Source of the DNA: an uncultured delta proteobacterium
GTDB taxonomy: Bacteria; Desulfobacterota; Binatia; UBA9968
Direction: 5' to 3'
Length of the DNA stretch: 64,000 nucleotides
Assembly (NCBI GenBank): GCA_963816145.1
Contig: CAWFJP010000003.1
Coordinates: forward strand, 384,001-448,000
The notes under the pieces were generated by a model. It saw only the letters and a program-made list of their open reading frames with translations. It did not search any database and was not told the DNA's origin. Made by a program: the position numbers and the translations under genes. Below are positions 48,508 to 57,028 of this stretch, one piece after another (positions within the stretch are counted from its first letter, which is position 1; every line of letters starts with the position of its first letter).

Positions 48508-50372
48508 GTCATGAGAAAAAATTGATTTATCGTAATCTGGATTGATCCTACGCCTCGGCGTTTTTTCTTTTTTGGAAAAAACTCATCTTTGCCGTAATTA
48601 TTCGGATGCGAAACTTTGAACCGCTGTTGAGCGGCTCAAAACTGGCCGATTTTCTCTTCTACACGACGTGTTTCTCCCTTTTCTCTACGCAGGCTGCACC
48701 ACCGCTGCTTTTCTCCAGCATAGCCGCATCCACACTCGGATGTTGTAGGTGAGACACGCCCAGAGCGCTTCCATCCCCACCTTGGCTAACCCGCGCACGC
48801 TGAACTGGCGTAGCCCAAACTTCGCCTTGATCCACAGATTGGGCGTCTCGGCCACCTGGGCTCTGGTTTTGTAGATCTCGCGCGCTCGTTGTGTCTCCAT
48901 CTTCTGACGAAACTCGGCCACTTCGGCCAACTCTTCGCTGCGATGCACCGACCGCCCCGTCACTCGATTCCCAGGACAACACTGGCTCTTCATCGGACAT
49001 CCCTGGCAGTCCGATCTCTGCGCTCGATACCGGTAGCTCAGCTGCAGGTGGCGCTCTTCTTTGCCTTCATACTTCAGGATCTTTCCCTGCGGACAACGAT
49101 AACTATTGCTCTGAGCATCGTAGATAAACTGGGAGCTTTGATACTCGGCGCTCACGCCGCGGTTGTCATAGGAACTCTGTCCCTTGCCCACCTCATCGAC
49201 ACACGGCGCGATGTACTCGATTTCGCGCTCCTTCATCGCCACGATCGTCTCTTTACTGACATAGCCGCCGTCGGTGACCACTTCTTTGGGAGTCTCGCCT
49301 TGGTTCTGTAGCACTCGGTCAATCCCAGGCGCCAATTGCTCGAAGTCATTGCCCGCTTGCACCACTCCCACCGCCACCACCACACCGTTCTTTGCATCGG
49401 TGTCAATCTGCACATTGTAGCTCGGCGCATACCCACTCCCAGGCTGTTTCATCACTCGCGCTTGGGGATCGCTCGTGCTCACTCGTCTTTGCTCTTTGTC
49501 CTTGTCTTGTTTTTCCTGTTGCTCAAATTCCTTGAGCGCTTGCTCTAGCCGCTCCTGGCGCTCGCGGGCCGCTCGCTGGCGTGCCTTGGCCATGCGCCGG
49601 CTGGTTTCCTCTTCGCTCTGCGCTTGGAGCGCGGCCACTTGCTCCTTGGCTTCGTTGAGCGCTTTTTCGACTCGCTCTTGGCGACGAAAACTATCCGCTG
49701 CTGCCTTGGCTCTGATCTTGGTCCCGTCCTGCATCACTCGTTCCAGCGTGATCAATCCATCGGTACTCAGTAGCCCCAAGGCCTGCACAAACAGCCCATT
49801 GAGCGCCTTGTCGTGCTTGACCCGAAAGTCCGATAGCGTATGGGCATTGACCACTCTTGATCCCGTCAGCCACTGGTAGGCTGGCTCCCATTCACATAAC
49901 TCTTCGATCGCTCGCGCTGATCCGACTCCCTTGCTGTACCCATACACCCACAGGCTGATCAGTAACCGCGGCTCCCATCCCGGCCGTCCCGCTTGGCCTT
50001 CTACCGCTCGTGCCTCTTGCTGGTATGCGCTTAAATCAAGACGCCCGATAAACTCCCACACCGCCCGGGCTGGATGGTCGGCCCCGATCAGCCGCTCGAT
50101 ATCGATCTGCCGCCAACACAGCTGCTCGCGGTCGATCACTTCGTAACGCGGCTTGCCCATCCTGGCCGCCGACCTCTGCTTGGCTTGCGCTTCACTTCCA
50201 ACCGCCGATTCACATCCGGGTAACCTTTCCTGTTCTATCCCCACTCTTCCCTCTCCTCCTCCGCTTCGGTTCCTGTGCGACTTTGATTATAAAACCTCGG
50301 CTCTTGCTCTGAACTTCACTATGCTCCTATATATACTACGAACATGAGCCGCTGGAGATTTTTTCTCACGCC
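48508..50372 (-). mobile_element. IS1182-family insertion sequence
   Basis: 15-bp terminal IRs GTCATGAGAAAAAAT / GGCGTGAGAAAAAAT (13/15); 5-bp target duplication CTGCG (48503..48507, 50373..50377). Confidence 0.9.
48685..50244 (-). CDS. IS1182-family transposase
   Basis: DHPARAV, GRPGWEP, HTLSDFR, QDGTKIRAKA, STSDPQARVM, YNVQ, DGGY, CPQG, YKTR...E, F-x-x-RGL. Confidence 0.95.
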   Translation of the reverse strand: MGIEQERLPGCESAVGSEAQAKQRSAARMGKPRYEVIDREQLCWRQIDIERLIGADHPARAVWEFIGRLDLSAYQQEARAVEGQAGRPGWEPRLLISLWVYGYSKGVGSARAIEELCEWEPAYQWLTGSRVVNAHTLSDFRVKHDKALNGLFVQALGLLSTDGLITLERVMQDGTKIRAKAAADSFRRQERVEKALNEAKEQVAALQAQSEEETSRRMAKARQRAARERQERLEQALKEFEQQEKQDKDKEQRRVSTSDPQARVMKQPGSGYAPSYNVQIDTDAKNGVVVAVGVVQAGNDFEQLAPGIDRVLQNQGETPKEVVTDGGYVSKETIVAMKEREIEYIAPCVDEVGKGQSSYDNRGVSAEYQSSQFIYDAQSNSYRCPQGKILKYEGKEERHLQLSYRYRAQRSDCQGCPMKSQCCPGNRVTGRSVHRSEELAEVAEFRQKMETQRAREIYKTRAQVAETPNLWIKAKFGLRQFSVRGLAKVGMEALWACLTYNIRVWMRLCWRKAAVVQPA

Positions 50373-50476
50373 CTGCGCCTCTGCGGTGATGACTTCTGTC
50401 GCTACGCGCCCTTGTAAGCTCCGGGGCAAACCGAGTATGCTCCGTGCCGATCGATCGCGCATGAGGGAGGTTTGTC

Positions 50477-51505
50477 ATGAAGCGAATTATTTTCGTTCTG
50501 GCTCTCGTCCTAGTTTCACCGGTCACCACGTCAGCGCAAGCGCCGTTTTATCAAGACAAAACGATTCGCATCGTCGCCGGCTACGGCGCCGGCAGCGTCG
50601 ATGACGCATGGGCGCGCTTGATCGCACGCTATCTCGCCAAGCATATTCCCGGGAATCCGACCATGATTGTGCAGAACATGCCGGGTGCCGGTGCCATGAT
50701 CGCGGCCAATTACGTCTACAAAGTCGCCAAGCCTGACGGCCTTACCCTCGGCGGGATTCGCGGTGGGCTCTATTTCGATCAGCTCGTCGGCAGACAACAG
50801 GTTCAGTTCGATTGGCCAAAGTTTACTTGGCTGGGCAGTCCGACGCAGGTCGAACAGATCATCTACATTCGCGCCAACACGCCCTACAAAACGATCGGCG
50901 ACGTGCGCAAAGCAGCCGTTCCGCCGAAATGCGGCGCCACCGGCACGTCTTCGACTGGCTACTACACCGGCAACCTATTGGAGGAAACCCTGGGAGCGAA
51001 ATTTACTACTCTCACCGGCTACAAGGACGGTCCTGACATAGAATTGGCCGTGGAGCGCGAAGAGGTGCAGTGCCGGGGTATATCGATCGAGACCCTATTT
51101 GGACGAGAGCCGCTGATCGGCTGGCACAAGACCGGTTTCGTCCGCGTGCTGATTCAAACCGGCAAGAAGCGCGACCCTAGATTGCCCGACGTGCCGACAA
51201 TTTGGGAACTGATGGACGAACACAAAACTGCCGAAACCGGCATACGGCTCGCGACGATCATCCTCGCCGTCGGCGCATTCGGCCGTCCCTATGTCAGCTC
51301 ACCCGGCCTACCGCCGGAACGGGCGAAAATAATTCAGGCCGCGTTCAAGAAAACGATCACCGACCCGGACTTCCAAGCCCAAGCCAAAGAGCGGCGACTC
51401 GACATCGACCCAGTTGGTGGCGAAGAACTAGCAACCCTCGCTCGCGAGGTTATCGCCCAACCGACGGACGTTATCGAGCGCGTGAAACGACTGCTGGAGA
51501 AATGA
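50477..51505 (+). CDS. Bug/TctC tripartite tricarboxylate transporter substrate-binding protein
   Basis: IRIVAGYGAGSVDD, VQNMPGAG, KPDGLTL, LPDVPT. Confidence 0.92.
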   Translation: MKRIIFVLALVLVSPVTTSAQAPFYQDKTIRIVAGYGAGSVDDAWARLIARYLAKHIPGNPTMIVQNMPGAGAMIAANYVYKVAKPDGLTLGGIRGGLYFDQLVGRQQVQFDWPKFTWLGSPTQVEQIIYIRANTPYKTIGDVRKAAVPPKCGATGTSSTGYYTGNLLEETLGAKFTTLTGYKDGPDIELAVEREEVQCRGISIETLFGREPLIGWHKTGFVRVLIQTGKKRDPRLPDVPTIWELMDEHKTAETGIRLATIILAVGAFGRPYVSSPGLPPERAKIIQAAFKKTITDPDFQAQAKERRLDIDPVGGEELATLAREVIAQPTDVIERVKRLLEK

Positions 51506-51596
51506 CGCTCAGCGAGTTCATAGTAGATAGATTGATAATACACTGACCGGGATATCATGGTGAATTGCCCGACAGTTGAAACCGGCCGGCGTTCCA

Positions 51597-52073
51597 ATGA
51601 CTCGCATCGTCATCGAAACAAGAATCTATGCGCCCATCGAACTTTGCTTCGATCTCGCACGCGACGTAAACGCGCATAGGGAGTCGGCGGCATTTTCGTC
51701 GGAACGAGTGGTCCCGCCAGGGCGAACCGAAGGGCTGCTCGAACTCGGCGATCTAGTCGCTTTCGAAGGCCGCCACTTCGGCGTCAAGCAGCGCTTCGTG
51801 GCCCGAATCACCGCCCTCGACCGGCCGCGTCGGTTCGACGACCAGATGGTACAAGGCAGCTTCAAATGGCTGCGCCATTTTCACGAATTCGAGTCTGCCA
51901 ACGGTATAACCACCATGCGCGACACCCTTGAATGGGAACCGCCTCTGGGCCTGGTCGGCCGTCTTGCCGACCGTCTCTTCTTACGCCGCCACATGCATTG
52001 GTTTGTGTCGACGAAACAAAACGGCCTGAAACGCATGGCGGAGGCGCAGGCGAACACGTTGCTCGACACGTGA
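51597..52073 (+). CDS. SRPBCC family protein
   Basis: IETRIYAPIELCFDLAR, RHFGV, FDDQMVQGSF...H.H.F. Confidence 0.85.
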   Translation: MTRIVIETRIYAPIELCFDLARDVNAHRESAAFSSERVVPPGRTEGLLELGDLVAFEGRHFGVKQRFVARITALDRPRRFDDQMVQGSFKWLRHFHEFESANGITTMRDTLEWEPPLGLVGRLADRLFLRRHMHWFVSTKQNGLKRMAEAQANTLLDT

Positions 52074-52282
52074 CGATGTTCAGGGAGCGGGCGGCGCAGT
52101 TCATCAAGGCACGCATCGTGGGCGATCGGGGTGAAGCGGATCGACCGTGCAGGTGCTTGACCGAAGCATCCAACCCACCTATTGTCTCGTCGGCAGCATC
52201 TTGGCCCGACATAACCGGAGGTACGGCGCTGCCAGCCGAAACTATGCCCTGATTTGATGGTTAAAGCGGAGGTAAGATTGAA

Positions 52283-53269
52283 ATGATTTTGGCGCTAATG
52301 CAATTCTGCGCATTTGCGGTTGGGCTGATGCTGACGAACTCGGCCGGGGCGGAGCAAATCCGCACCGCAGTACCGCGTGCAAGCCTGAATTATCTTTCAA
52401 TTTATATTGCCGAAGCCAAAGGCTTTTTCAGAGACGAAGGATTGGATAACGAAACCATCGTCATCGGCGGGCCGGCGGCTATCGCCGCATTGGTGAGCGG
52501 TAATGTCGATTTCAGCGGCGCCGGCGGCAGCGGTTTGCGCGCGGCGGCGAAGGGAGCCGAATTGAAGGCGATTATGTATCAGACAGAGAAAGTCACGTGG
52601 TATTTCGTCGTGCATCCGAGCATCAAGCGGGTCACCGATCTCAGGGGCAAAAAAATCGGCGTTGGCCTGATCGGCGACAGCGAAGACCGTTTTTCGACGA
52701 TGTTTGTGGAACGCGGCGGGCTTTCCGCCAAGGACATCACGAGAATACCGATGGGCACCAGCTCCGGCGCGCGTATCGCAGCAATTAAGGCAGGCTCGCT
52801 CCATGCCGCCGTGCTCGATCCCGGCGGCATGATCGTGGCCGAGAAAGAGGGTCTCAGTTCACTGGGATTTCTCGGCGATTTGTTTCCCCTGCCGTTCCAG
52901 GGCTACGTCGTCACCGACAAGAAGATCGCCGAGAATCCGGCGCAGATCAAACGCTGGGTGCGCGCGATGGTTCGCTCGCTCATATTCCTCCGAGAACATC
53001 CGGAAGAGTCAGCCGCCATCGGCGTAAAAAAACTTCAGTTGGGAAACATCAATCGCGCCATGCTCGTGGAGGCCACCAAGGCGTACTCGCGGGCATTCGC
53101 TCCCGGCGTGCCCGGCGTGCCGTCGGTCGAGGGGGTCAAAAACATCCTGGAATACGAGATTCGCGTGCCGATGAAGATGGACGCTCCGCTGCCCGCGCAG
53201 CGCTTGATGGAATTAAGCTTTGTCGAAGAGGTTAAAAAAGAATTGGAACAGAAAGGGTTGGGCAAATAG
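52283..53269 (+). CDS. ABC substrate-binding protein (NMT1/THI5 family)
   Basis: Signal peptide AGAEQ; GFFRDEGLD; DLRGKKIGV. Confidence 0.9.
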   Translation: MILALMQFCAFAVGLMLTNSAGAEQIRTAVPRASLNYLSIYIAEAKGFFRDEGLDNETIVIGGPAAIAALVSGNVDFSGAGGSGLRAAAKGAELKAIMYQTEKVTWYFVVHPSIKRVTDLRGKKIGVGLIGDSEDRFSTMFVERGGLSAKDITRIPMGTSSGARIAAIKAGSLHAAVLDPGGMIVAEKEGLSSLGFLGDLFPLPFQGYVVTDKKIAENPAQIKRWVRAMVRSLIFLREHPEESAAIGVKKLQLGNINRAMLVEATKAYSRAFAPGVPGVPSVEGVKNILEYEIRVPMKMDAPLPAQRLMELSFVEEVKKELEQKGLGK

Positions 53270-53622
53270 CACCCGGCCAACGCCATCGGGCGGGGTTGTG
53301 GACGGTCGATCCTTATCAGCTCCGAGTTTTTCGACCGCAGAGCCCACTTTTGGTCGTCGAATAAATCTCCGGCGGTCAGGTCGATTCGTTGCGATTGGTC
53401 GAAATGGCAAACCGCCAGCTGCCGAACTCTTCTCGCTTTGACAAACAGCCTTGCCCCTTCGTTTCTTAGCGTTAGCATGTCATAATTGATCTTACGCGGG
53501 GATATTCTGGCTGCACTCTCACCCGTCATAGCCACGCGTCAGGCAACTCGTCAGACACGATTTTCAAGATAGTTTCCGTAACTGCCAGCGGCGCTCCGCA
53601 AAGCGCCAAAGGATAATAGCGC

Positions 53623-54282
53623 ATGCCGGGATACACGGTCGAGATCTCAACCTACCGCATCGGTAGCGAGTATTATCAGATTCGCTCGTTGAGCGATCGC
53701 CAGCAGTACTGGGACCCCGATGGCGAGGCCGAACGCACGGGGATTTCCTCGGCGACCTGGCCGATCTTCGGCGTGGTATGGCCCGCCGGCATCGCGTTGG
53801 CGCAAGAGATGAGTGATTTCGCATTCGCCGGGCTAAAGATCCTCGAAGTCGGTTGCGGCATTGGCCTATCGAGTTTGGTGCTGCAGCGCCATGGTGCTAA
53901 CATCACCGCCACCGATTATCATCCTTTGGCGGAAGAATTTCTGCGCTTCAACAGTGAACTGAATGATTTGCCACCGATCAAGTTTCACAGTGCCCCATGG
54001 GCCGGGCCTAATCCCCAACTTGGCCGCTTCGACCTGATCGTCGGCAGCGACCTGCTCTATGAACGCAGCCATCCGGCGCTGCTGTCGGCATTTCTCGCCT
54101 GCCATACCGAAGCTGCCGCCCAAGTCATCCTCGCCGATCCCGGCCGTAAGCGCTGCGGAGAGTTCAGCACCAAGATGGCCATCGAAGGTTACACACGCAG
54201 CGAACAGCGGCTGAATTTGACCGGCGACACAACCTCGTCACCGCGCGGCCGGATGATGAGCTTTGTACGAGGCCAAAGATAA
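53623..54282 (+). CDS. SAM-dependent methyltransferase (Methyltransf_16 / protein methyltransferase-like)
   Basis: FGVVWPAG, ILEVGCGIGL, ATDYH, GSDLLYE, ADPGR. Confidence 0.88.
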   Translation: MPGYTVEISTYRIGSEYYQIRSLSDRQQYWDPDGEAERTGISSATWPIFGVVWPAGIALAQEMSDFAFAGLKILEVGCGIGLSSLVLQRHGANITATDYHPLAEEFLRFNSELNDLPPIKFHSAPWAGPNPQLGRFDLIVGSDLLYERSHPALLSAFLACHTEAAAQVILADPGRKRCGEFSTKMAIEGYTRSEQRLNLTGDTTSSPRGRMMSFVRGQR

Positions 54283-54352
54283 TTTCTCAACAGCGGCATC
54301 ACCGACGATAAAAGGATTGCTATCCCCTCTGCCAAACACTAGACTGGGATCA

Positions 54353-54598
54353 ATGGCACAAAACAACGAAGAAAAATCCCGCTACAAGATCAGCGATTCG
54401 CATCTCAATCAAAATTTCGTCGGAGTGCTGAAGCGCGACCGTGATACTTATATGTGGTCGTGGAAAGGTCACATCGATTTTACCGATGGTCATTACTTCG
54501 AATTTGCCAGCCAACGGAGCTTTGACACCGCCACGGAAGCCGAAGCTTACATGCGCCGCTACGCCTGCGACCGCATCGACAATCGCATGAACCACTAG
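54353..54598 (+). CDS. Hypothetical protein
   Basis: 81-aa ORF with host-like codon usage, co-oriented with its neighbours. Confidence 0.65.
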   Translation: MAQNNEEKSRYKISDSHLNQNFVGVLKRDRDTYMWSWKGHIDFTDGHYFEFASQRSFDTATEAEAYMRRYACDRIDNRMNH

Positions 54599-54680
54599 CG
54601 CTCGACCGCTTCACAAACAAAGAAATTTCAATTCCCTCCAACCTCATCGGTAGCGTCCGCAAACTCTCGCCGGGTTTGAT

Positions 54681-54709
54681 TGACAGCACTTTCCACGCCG
54701 GCATATATT
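54681..54709 (+). promoter_or_regulatory. Sigma70 promoter
   Basis: TTGACA-17 nt-TATATT upstream of the heme-oxygenase-like gene. Confidence 0.6.
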
Positions 54710-54765
54710 CCGATGAGACCTGCGCGGCCTCGGCTCGCGGCTAAATCTCGTTCAAGGAATATTCC

Positions 54766-55446
54766 ATGAGCAAATGGTCCGACGTGGAACGACGGCTTAA
54801 TGTCATGTGCAACCAGTGGTACGACACTCCTGAGATAAAGCGCATGCTGGCGGTGCCGCTCAATCCTGTCCGGCTCGCCTTCCGCCACCAGCATATGAGC
54901 TTCTTCAGCAATAACCGGCGCGATTGTTGGGCCGCGGTGGGCTGCAAGGCTCCCCTCGATGTCAAGCGCGCCATCTGGGAACATGAAAAGGACGAACTGA
55001 TCTATGACCCGCGCATGGGCAAGGCGCATGTCACCGAGGACGACCTGGGCGACAAAAAAGAATCGGACATGATCCCCGGCGCGCGCGCGGCGTTTTACGC
55101 TTGGCTCCATTGCGCCCAGGAAAAGCCCTGGCTCGAAGGGCTCGCCTGCTCACATATCTTGGAACGGCGCAATAACGATCAGATCGTTACCGGCGGCACA
55201 TTGACTCAGCGTCTGGTCAAACGCCAGGAAGCCGAACTCGGCATCAAAAAGAAAGACCAGGACATCAACGTCCAAGTCCATCTCTACGCCGACGTCGATC
55301 ATACCGACCTGCTTGAAGAAGTCTTCAAACGCTACGTCGTCGATGACCTGACCGCCCAGCAAATCCTGCGCGGCGCCGAAGATTCTCTGGCCATCGAACG
55401 CAGCTTTCACGGTGCCGTGGCAAGCGCAATGGCGGAGATGGATTGA
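54766..55446 (+). CDS. Heme-oxygenase-like diiron enzyme (PqqC/TenA/CADD superfamily)
   Basis: All-helical; EKDEL...AH, ILE and HLYADVDH metal-ligand pattern. Confidence 0.75.
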   Translation: MSKWSDVERRLNVMCNQWYDTPEIKRMLAVPLNPVRLAFRHQHMSFFSNNRRDCWAAVGCKAPLDVKRAIWEHEKDELIYDPRMGKAHVTEDDLGDKKESDMIPGARAAFYAWLHCAQEKPWLEGLACSHILERRNNDQIVTGGTLTQRLVKRQEAELGIKKKDQDINVQVHLYADVDHTDLLEEVFKRYVVDDLTAQQILRGAEDSLAIERSFHGAVASAMAEMD

Positions 55447-55523
55447 TGAACAGTGAGCAGCTCACAGTTGTCGGTTATCATCGGTTATCAGCGGTAAGCC
55501 GGACCGAACCTCTTCCCCCTCGA

Positions 55524-55655
55524 GAGACTGCGTCGTAATGCGCAAATGCCCAACATCTGTGATCCCGAGCGCAGCGAGGGATCTCGTGTTTTCAGCCACA
55601 TACGAAGAAGAGATTTCTCGGCTTCACCTCGAAATGACAGTTGCGACACAGTCTG
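55524..55655. mobile_element. MITE-like element carrying a REP-like hairpin pair, inserted in a CTTCCCCC...GGGGGAAG palindrome
   Basis: TIRs AGACTGCGTCGTAA / TTGCGACACAGTCT (12/14); CGA duplicated on both flanks. Confidence 0.75.
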
Positions 55656-55779
55656 CGACGGGGGAAGATTGAGATGGGGGTGCGAGAGCGAAATCAGAAT
55701 CACCCCTTCCTTCGTCCTTCCCCTTCAAGGGCAAGGAAACCGTGAATACTGAAAGCAAAAAAGATCGAAAAACATCGCA

Positions 55780-56922
55780 ATGGAAATCCACCACGGCCTG
55801 ATCAGCGCCGACTCCCACGTCGTCACCGAACGTAACGCGTTTCTCGACCGCATGTCGAAAAGCAAGTTTGGCGAACGCATTCCGCAAATCAAAGAGGTCG
55901 AAAACAAGGGCGTCAAAGTCGAACGCTGGTTCGTCAACGGTAAGCCGCTGCGCACGCGCGGCGTGGTCAACTGCCCGGCGGTGATGGGCGATCCCAACCG
56001 CAATCTCTATCCGCAGCGCTGGGAGGAAGTGCCGGCTAAGGCCTATGTCCCCAGCGATCGCCTGCAAGCCCTCGATTCGGACGGCATCGACGCCGAAGTG
56101 CTCTTTCCCAACGATCCCAGTTCCTTTCACCAGGACAACGATGCTGAATTCGAGATCGCCTGTGTGCAGGCATATAACGATTCCCTCGGCGAACTGACCC
56201 GCGCCAGCAAGCGCTTTATTTCTCTGGCGATGATTCCGCTGCTTTGCGGCATGGACACCATCGTCGCCGAAGTCAGGCGGGCCGAGAACCAGGGCCATCG
56301 CGGTATCGTCATGTTCGCCTTGCCGAGTTTGATGGTCGAGTCGCTGCCGCATATCAGCGAGTTATACTGGTATCCGCTATGGGAAGTCTGCCAGGAGCTG
56401 GCGATGCCGATCCACTTTCACGCCTCGGCGGGTCTAGCGCGCAAAATGACCTTTCCCGAATGGGACGGCTACACACCTTACCAACAACACGCCGCATTTA
56501 CCGTGCCGACTTCGTCGTGGCCGGTGCAGATCGTGGCGAATTTAATTTTCTCGGGAATCGCCTACAAGTTTCCTAAGTCCAAATGGGTCTTTGCTGAAAC
56601 CGGCATCGGCTCGGTTAGCTGTGTGCAATCCGCCTGCGATCACGAGTGGGAACGGCGCCAATTGTGGCGCCGTGGCTTGGAGCGGCGGCCGAGCGAGCTG
56701 ATTCGCGATCAAGTCTATGTGAATTTTTGGTACGAGCAGGCCGGCATCGAGCTGCGCCATACCGTCGGAGTCGACAACATCATGTGGGAGTCCGACTACC
56801 CCCACATCGCTTCGACTTATCCGGACTCGTGGAAATTCGTCGAACGCTCTCTCACCGGCGTGGCGGCAGAGGAGCGAAAGAAAATGTTGTATGGCAACGC
56901 TCAGGCGTTGTATCAGCTTTAG
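55780..56922 (+). CDS. Amidohydrolase family protein
   Basis: ISADSH, PIHFH, FAE, WESDYPH. Confidence 0.92.
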   Translation: MEIHHGLISADSHVVTERNAFLDRMSKSKFGERIPQIKEVENKGVKVERWFVNGKPLRTRGVVNCPAVMGDPNRNLYPQRWEEVPAKAYVPSDRLQALDSDGIDAEVLFPNDPSSFHQDNDAEFEIACVQAYNDSLGELTRASKRFISLAMIPLLCGMDTIVAEVRRAENQGHRGIVMFALPSLMVESLPHISELYWYPLWEVCQELAMPIHFHASAGLARKMTFPEWDGYTPYQQHAAFTVPTSSWPVQIVANLIFSGIAYKFPKSKWVFAETGIGSVSCVQSACDHEWERRQLWRRGLERRPSELIRDQVYVNFWYEQAGIELRHTVGVDNIMWESDYPHIASTYPDSWKFVERSLTGVAAEERKKMLYGNAQALYQL

Positions 56923-56935
56923 CGAAGATGGTGTT

Positions 56936-57014
56936 CACCACGAAGGCACGAAGGACACGAAGGTTTCGGACAATTATTATTCCGAACTTGGTGCTCTTCG
57001 CGTCCTTCGTGGTG
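56936..57014. repeat. CACGAAG/CTTCGTG inverted element, copy 4
   Basis: Three units per arm; loop gtttcggacaattattattccgaa. Confidence 0.9.
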
Positions 57015-57028
57015 CATCCTAATTCCCA

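Noticed and set aside
52076-52252. 58-codon ORF after the SRPBCC gene
   Set aside because: No RBS, no recognisable motif and atypical composition.
53399-53430. c-di-GMP-I riboswitch suggested by GGCAAACC
   Set aside because: The following GAAA tetraloop stem and GACGCAAAG element are absent.
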